Shown here piece after piece: positions 59,793-64,000 of a DNA stretch of 64,000 nt. The notes below the pieces were generated by a model. That model was not told the origin of the DNA and did no database searches. It saw only the letters and a list, made by a program, of their open reading frames with translations. Each line of letters opens with the position of its first letter. The first letter of the stretch is position 1. Source of the stretch: a candidate division WOR-3 bacterium. GTDB lineage: Bacteria > Hydrothermota > Tepidihabitantia > SM23-42. The position numbers were made by a program, and so were the translations under genes. The DNA lies in assembly GCA_011052815.1 (NCBI GenBank), contig DRIG01000095.1, forward strand, positions 8,943 to 72,942, given 5' to 3'.

Positions 59793-61015
59793 TGTTGCTC
59801 CTTTTGCAATTTGTCTGCCTTTGTAAGATACTCAAGCGCTTTTTTATTATTGCCGATTTCACGGTAACAGTAAGCGAGATTCGTCATCGCCTCGATATTT
59901 TTGGGACTGAGAACCAGAACCTTACCTTCATAGAGATCAATCGCCTTCTTATATTTCTTCAATTGTGTATAACAGACCGCCAGGTAGAACCACGCATAGA
60001 TATCATCCTCTTTCAATTTTGTGATCGTCTCAAACTTCTTGATCGCCTCTTGATATTTCTTGGCTCTCAAAAACAATTCTCCGGCATAGAACAATGCATC
60101 CAGATCATCAGGAACAAAGGTAAGGCTGGTCAGTATGTTCTTTAAAGCCGTACTGTCATCGCGCAGATTATAATAAGCCATTCCCAGTAAGTAATAGGAA
60201 CGCGCCAGACCGTCATTACTCTTGTAAAATTTCTCCAGTGCCCGTTCCACTGCACCCAGACCGCCGTCATGGCCGAGTTTTACCTTTACTATCTCATCGA
60301 GTTTTTTGCGGTTGTTTTTCTTGTCACGCCATAGTCTTAAAATTTCATGCTCCAGTTCTTTATCGGGTGAGGGAAGATTGGAGAATAAAACTTTTTTATT
60401 CAATTCATTTGTAGTTATGTAATTCTTTATAGCCTCCTCGAAGTACACCATACTACTGTCATATTTTTTGCTTTCGAACAGCGATTTTCCAATGAGAAAA
60501 TGAACATCGGGATTATCTGGATCCACTTTCAATGCCTTTGTATACTGTTCTTTCGCTTTATCGATCTCGCCCGTTTGATGGTATATCGCGCCCCGCAGGG
60601 TGTATGTCCGTGCATCCGACGGATTAATCTTTTCGGCGTACTTCAAATCTTTCAAAGCATCCTCATACTTCCCTTTGGTAAATAAATCCCTTGCTGCATA
60701 GTAAAAAGGTTGATAATAATACTGTTCACTATTTGGTTGTTTGGCAAGCCATGTGGACATCTTTAATGAATCAATTTCAAACGCCTTGATTAAGGCGTCA
60801 GATGCAGGCTGCCAGTTTCCAAGTGCTATTTCACTTCCTCCCAAAATAGCGAAAAGTTCAAAGTTGCTGGGGTCATTCTTTATTCCCTCTAAGCAGACTG
60901 CTTTTGCCCGCTGAAAATCCTGTCGGTTGAAATATTCAATGCGTGCGGTATTCAGAGAAGGCGACGGGCACCCTATAAAAAGAACAATAAAACCCAACAA
61001 TATCAGTTTCTTCAT
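59789..61015 (-). CDS. TPR-repeat lipoprotein.
   Basis: Lipobox LFIGC after the signal peptide. Multiple TPRs. Confidence 0.6.
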   Translation of the reverse strand: MKKLILLGFIVLFIGCPSPSLNTARIEYFNRQDFQRAKAVCLEGIKNDPSNFELFAILGGSEIALGNWQPASDALIKAFEIDSLKMSTWLAKQPNSEQYYYQPFYYAARDLFTKGKYEDALKDLKYAEKINPSDARTYTLRGAIYHQTGEIDKAKEQYTKALKVDPDNPDVHFLIGKSLFESKKYDSSMVYFEEAIKNYITTNELNKKVLFSNLPSPDKELEHEILRLWRDKKNNRKKLDEIVKVKLGHDGGLGAVERALEKFYKSNDGLARSYYLLGMAYYNLRDDSTALKNILTSLTFVPDDLDALFYAGELFLRAKKYQEAIKKFETITKLKEDDIYAWFYLAVCYTQLKKYKKAIDLYEGKVLVLSPKNIEAMTNLAYCYREIGNNKKALEYLTKADKLQKEQQ

Positions 61016-61108
61016 TTTACCTCCTTAATTACTATTCTATTTAATTTTTCGTGAAAGTCAACACCCAGATATAAGCTTCAAAAACCACTGATTTTCTAAA
61101 TAAAACTC

Positions 61109-62440
61109 TTGATTTTTCGTATAATCAGCCTATTATTTAACCATATGTGGAGTCTCTGCATAATCAACTTCCTGGTTTCACTGTCTTTCAGTCCGTTTAT
61201 AAAAGATTCTATTGTCTACGCCGTGGATATACCGACCAGGACCTTTATGGCACAATCTCTGAATGGAGAGATCGTCGATCACTGTATGGATAATTTCTTA
61301 TATGCACTCACCGGTCGATACCTCTACAAAATAGACCCGGATAATCTGTCGGTCTGCGACCGAATACCCCTGCCCCAACGATTCAACCATCTGACCACCA
61401 ACAAAGAAAAAATAATATTGATCTCTTCAGAGGAGATTGTTCTACTCAATAAAACCAATTTTGCCTTTGAGGCGGGCATTGGAATCGAACGAGGGGATTA
61501 TTATCCTCTTGTCACTTCAGAAGGCAGCAGTATCGTAAGGCACGGTTCAAGAATTTACCTTGCAATTGATTCTGATAAAAAAAGTATTATCAAGATTTTC
61601 GACCTATCAAACGGAAGGCTCGTTAAAAAATCAACGCTCAGCCGTATTCTGGATTACCGGTATGATTCCAAAGAAAATCAATTGACCATCCTCGGATTCA
61701 ATAAAAAGTTAACGATTTATACGCTCGGTCTTAAAAAGCGGAAAACGCTCAATCTAAATTTTCAGGCAACCGGATTTATAAAATATGACGGAGGTTATCT
61801 TCTGCACAACAAGGAAGGTCTGTTTTTTATCGACGAATCCGGCAGGCTGATTGATTTCCTGCCGTTATTAAATCAGAAGAAAGAAGAACTCGGGAAATTG
61901 CTCTTCCTCACTGAAAAAGGAATTTTATCCGTGGATTCTCTGACGCTCAGACCGAATTTCATTCTGAAGAACAGCGGGAAACTCAAAGACATTCTTTATG
62001 TCGATTATGTGAATTATGCTCTGGGAGTCGACGACGGCGGAAGATTCTATCTCATTGGTCTGAAAGACAGAAAGATCGAACCGATTATGAAACGAAAACC
62101 GGTCGTTGAAGAGATTAAACCGGTGGTCTCCGTAAAAAAATCCGATTCACTCTGGTATTTCCAGCTCGGCGCATTCAATAATTATGATAATGCATTAAAA
62201 CTGTTCAATGAACTTCGGCAAAAGAATATTCCGGTCTTCATCGATTCAACCGGGTTATACCGTATCAAACTGGGAGGCTTTATAAAAAAAGACATCGGTA
62301 TTGAAATCATTGAAAAATTACAACTCAACGGCTGGTTCATTTTCCAAAAAAAGCTCATCCAGTACGGAACGAGCAGGTTCTATATCGGCTCAGAAGAATA
62401 TATATTAAAGAACGGTGTAATAACAAGGAGGAAGATATGA
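61109..62440 (+). CDS. Exported protein with a C-terminal SPOR domain. The tool's start is a TTG; the ATG at 61145 is an alternative.
   Basis: The C-terminus WYFQLGAFNNYDNALKLF...LYRIKLGGF matches the SPOR peptidoglycan-binding fold. Confidence 0.55.
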   Translation: MIFRIISLLFNHMWSLCIINFLVSLSFSPFIKDSIVYAVDIPTRTFMAQSLNGEIVDHCMDNFLYALTGRYLYKIDPDNLSVCDRIPLPQRFNHLTTNKEKIILISSEEIVLLNKTNFAFEAGIGIERGDYYPLVTSEGSSIVRHGSRIYLAIDSDKKSIIKIFDLSNGRLVKKSTLSRILDYRYDSKENQLTILGFNKKLTIYTLGLKKRKTLNLNFQATGFIKYDGGYLLHNKEGLFFIDESGRLIDFLPLLNQKKEELGKLLFLTEKGILSVDSLTLRPNFILKNSGKLKDILYVDYVNYALGVDDGGRFYLIGLKDRKIEPIMKRKPVVEEIKPVVSVKKSDSLWYFQLGAFNNYDNALKLFNELRQKNIPVFIDSTGLYRIKLGGFIKKDIGIEIIEKLQLNGWFIFQKKLIQYGTSRFYIGSEEYILKNGVITRRKI

Positions 62441-62814
62441 AAAAAATCATCAAGACCGACAAGGCACCTGCGGCAATCGGTGCCTATTCCCAGGCAATTG
62501 TAGCAGGAGATTTTGTCTTCACCGCCGGTCAAATTGCAATCTCACCGGAAACCAATCAGATGCTTGAAGGAGATGTGGCAGAACAAACAAAACAGGTGCT
62601 TGAAAACATCAAAGCCGTTCTCAATGCAGCGGGAAGTGATCTGTCAAAGGTGGTCAAGGCAACGGTGTATTTAACTGCACCCGAACATTTTGCTCCGATG
62701 AATGAAGTTTACAGTCGATACTTCGCTGAAGAACCGCCCGCCCGGGTCGCCGTTTTTGTAAAGTCATTACCTAAAAACGCCCTTGTGGAAATAGATGCAA
62801 TCGCCTGTTTATAA
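62437..62814 (+). CDS. ridA: RidA/YjgF family reactive-intermediate deaminase.
   Basis: 125 aa. Conserved AIGAYSQA...VFTAGQI...VYL pattern. Confidence 0.85.
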   Translation: MKKIIKTDKAPAAIGAYSQAIVAGDFVFTAGQIAISPETNQMLEGDVAEQTKQVLENIKAVLNAAGSDLSKVVKATVYLTAPEHFAPMNEVYSRYFAEEPPARVAVFVKSLPKNALVEIDAIACL

Positions 62815-63487
62815 AACGATCGAAAAAGAACTGGGAGTAAGATTCAAACGGCGGTCATTGTTGAAAAGAGCACTGACGCACTCCTCTTATATCCAGGATC
62901 AACCGACATCCGGTTTATCCTCAAATGAAGTGCTTGAATTTCTCGGCGATGCGGTTCTTGAATTAATTACAAGAGAATATCTGTACAAAAAATTTCCTGA
63001 CGCGACTGAAGGAAAACTCAGCAAAATGAAGAGGAACTACACGAGCACCGATGCACTTTATCGTTTTGGAATGAGTTTGAATATTGGAAGATTTCTGCTG
63101 ATGGATAAAGGAGAAGAACAGACCGGCGGTAGAAAAAGGGTTTCTAATATCGCCGGCGCAATGGAAGCGATCATCGGTGCCCTGTATCTTGATCAGGGAT
63201 TAAGTGCCGTCAAAAAATTCCTCGACCGTACCCTATTTAGAAAAATAATTGCAGAACAGAAAGATTATAAATCATATCTGAATGAGTGGATAATGAAAAA
63301 GCAGTATACTCTCTCCTATAAGGTCATCAAAGAAACCGGACCTCAACACGATAAAAAATTCCATGTCGCCCTCTATGTGAACAACAAAAAAGTCGCTACT
63401 GGCTGTGGAGAAACGAAGAAGAGGGCTGAACAGAAAGCCGCGGAGAAATTTTTGAATAAATTATCCGTCACTCCTGATGAACACTAA
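62795..63487 (+). CDS. rnc: Ribonuclease III.
   Basis: Signature EFLGDAVLEL plus a C-terminal dsRBD (KKFHVALYVNNKKVATGCGETKKRAEQKAAEK). Confidence 0.9.
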   Translation: MQSPVYKTIEKELGVRFKRRSLLKRALTHSSYIQDQPTSGLSSNEVLEFLGDAVLELITREYLYKKFPDATEGKLSKMKRNYTSTDALYRFGMSLNIGRFLLMDKGEEQTGGRKRVSNIAGAMEAIIGALYLDQGLSAVKKFLDRTLFRKIIAEQKDYKSYLNEWIMKKQYTLSYKVIKETGPQHDKKFHVALYVNNKKVATGCGETKKRAEQKAAEKFLNKLSVTPDEH

Positions 63488-63592
63488 AACCGGCGAAGTT
63501 CTTTTTTTGCCACACATCCTGATTCCCTATTCGGTTTTGTGGACCAGCAGGTAATAATATAAAGACTTTTCGGGCTTCATTTAAATTAAATC

Positions 63593-63620
63593 TTGACATG
63601 TTTGAAATTATATGTATAAT
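63593..63620 (+). promoter_or_regulatory. Consensus sigma-70 promoter upstream of the last gene.
   Basis: TTGACA 63593-63598, N16, TATAAT 63615-63620. About 140-nt leader. Confidence 0.5.
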
Positions 63621-63767
63621 CTCACAATATGCAGGATGTGGTTATTGGTTGCACCCCGTTAAGACTCTTTTTATCGTCGAGAAAATAGTCTATGTTAAAA
63701 GAGGAGGTGGTGCAAAATAAAAAAAGAAAAGTTGGAAGCAAAGACAGGCATAATAAAAAGGAGGTAA

Positions 63768-64000
63768 GATGAAATATGCCATAGCAATTGCGATAATGCT
63801 GTCATTGTCATTCGGATTGGTAACTGAATCATTCAGGTACCAATCAACCGCTCAGCTCTTTGAGGACGACTATGACCTGATCTTTGACCCGGCAAGGATT
63901 CCAGAGATTCAGGGTTCCCGTTTATGGACAGGTCTTGCGAATTTTGTTACAAGCGATGAAGAGCTCTTCTCCAACAACAGCCAGCCTTATGTTCTGCTCG
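63768..64000 (+). CDS. Hypothetical exported protein; the 3' end is truncated by the window.
   Basis: RBS AAGGAGGT, an ATG at 63768, and a signal peptide (MKYAIAIAIMLSLSFGL). Confidence 0.5.

Overview
This 64-kb window reads as bacterial chromosome from an organism that uses a type IX secretion system (T9SS), i.e. the Fibrobacteres-Chlorobi-Bacteroidetes group or a related candidate phylum. Five proteins end in a T9SS C-terminal sorting domain, and there is a PorV/PorQ-like barrel and a complete Bat aerotolerance operon. Most genes are ordinary housekeeping or envelope functions, listed below.

The parts that look accessory or unusual are:
- An operon of exported proteins: a FecR-like protein, a TPR-CHAT protease and a secreted protein of unknown function (688-5250).
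- A 5.2-kb cassette (27985-33067) holding a beta-propeller T9SS cargo, a double zinc-ribbon mini-protein and a STAND ATPase-TPR-SARP regulator. It is bracketed by two copies of a hairpin element with 25-bp perfect inverted arms. Copy 2 contains the consensus promoter of the adjacent tRNA-Arg.
- A ~47-aa poly-lysine mini-protein (8791-8931) behind a perfect consensus promoter.
- Two paralogous Hsp20 genes in direct orientation on either side of the Bat operon.
- A T9SS-exported homologue of agmatine/peptidyl-arginine deiminase (54031-56649).
- An unannotated long-form SRP RNA with an Alu domain, in the classic position upstream of dnaX.

At least eight sigma-70-like promoters of the form TTGACA-N16-TATAAT are visible, and several genes look leaderless. 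The tool's start codons include non-ATG starts; I revised several of them. No CRISPR array, rRNA, integrase or transposase was seen.
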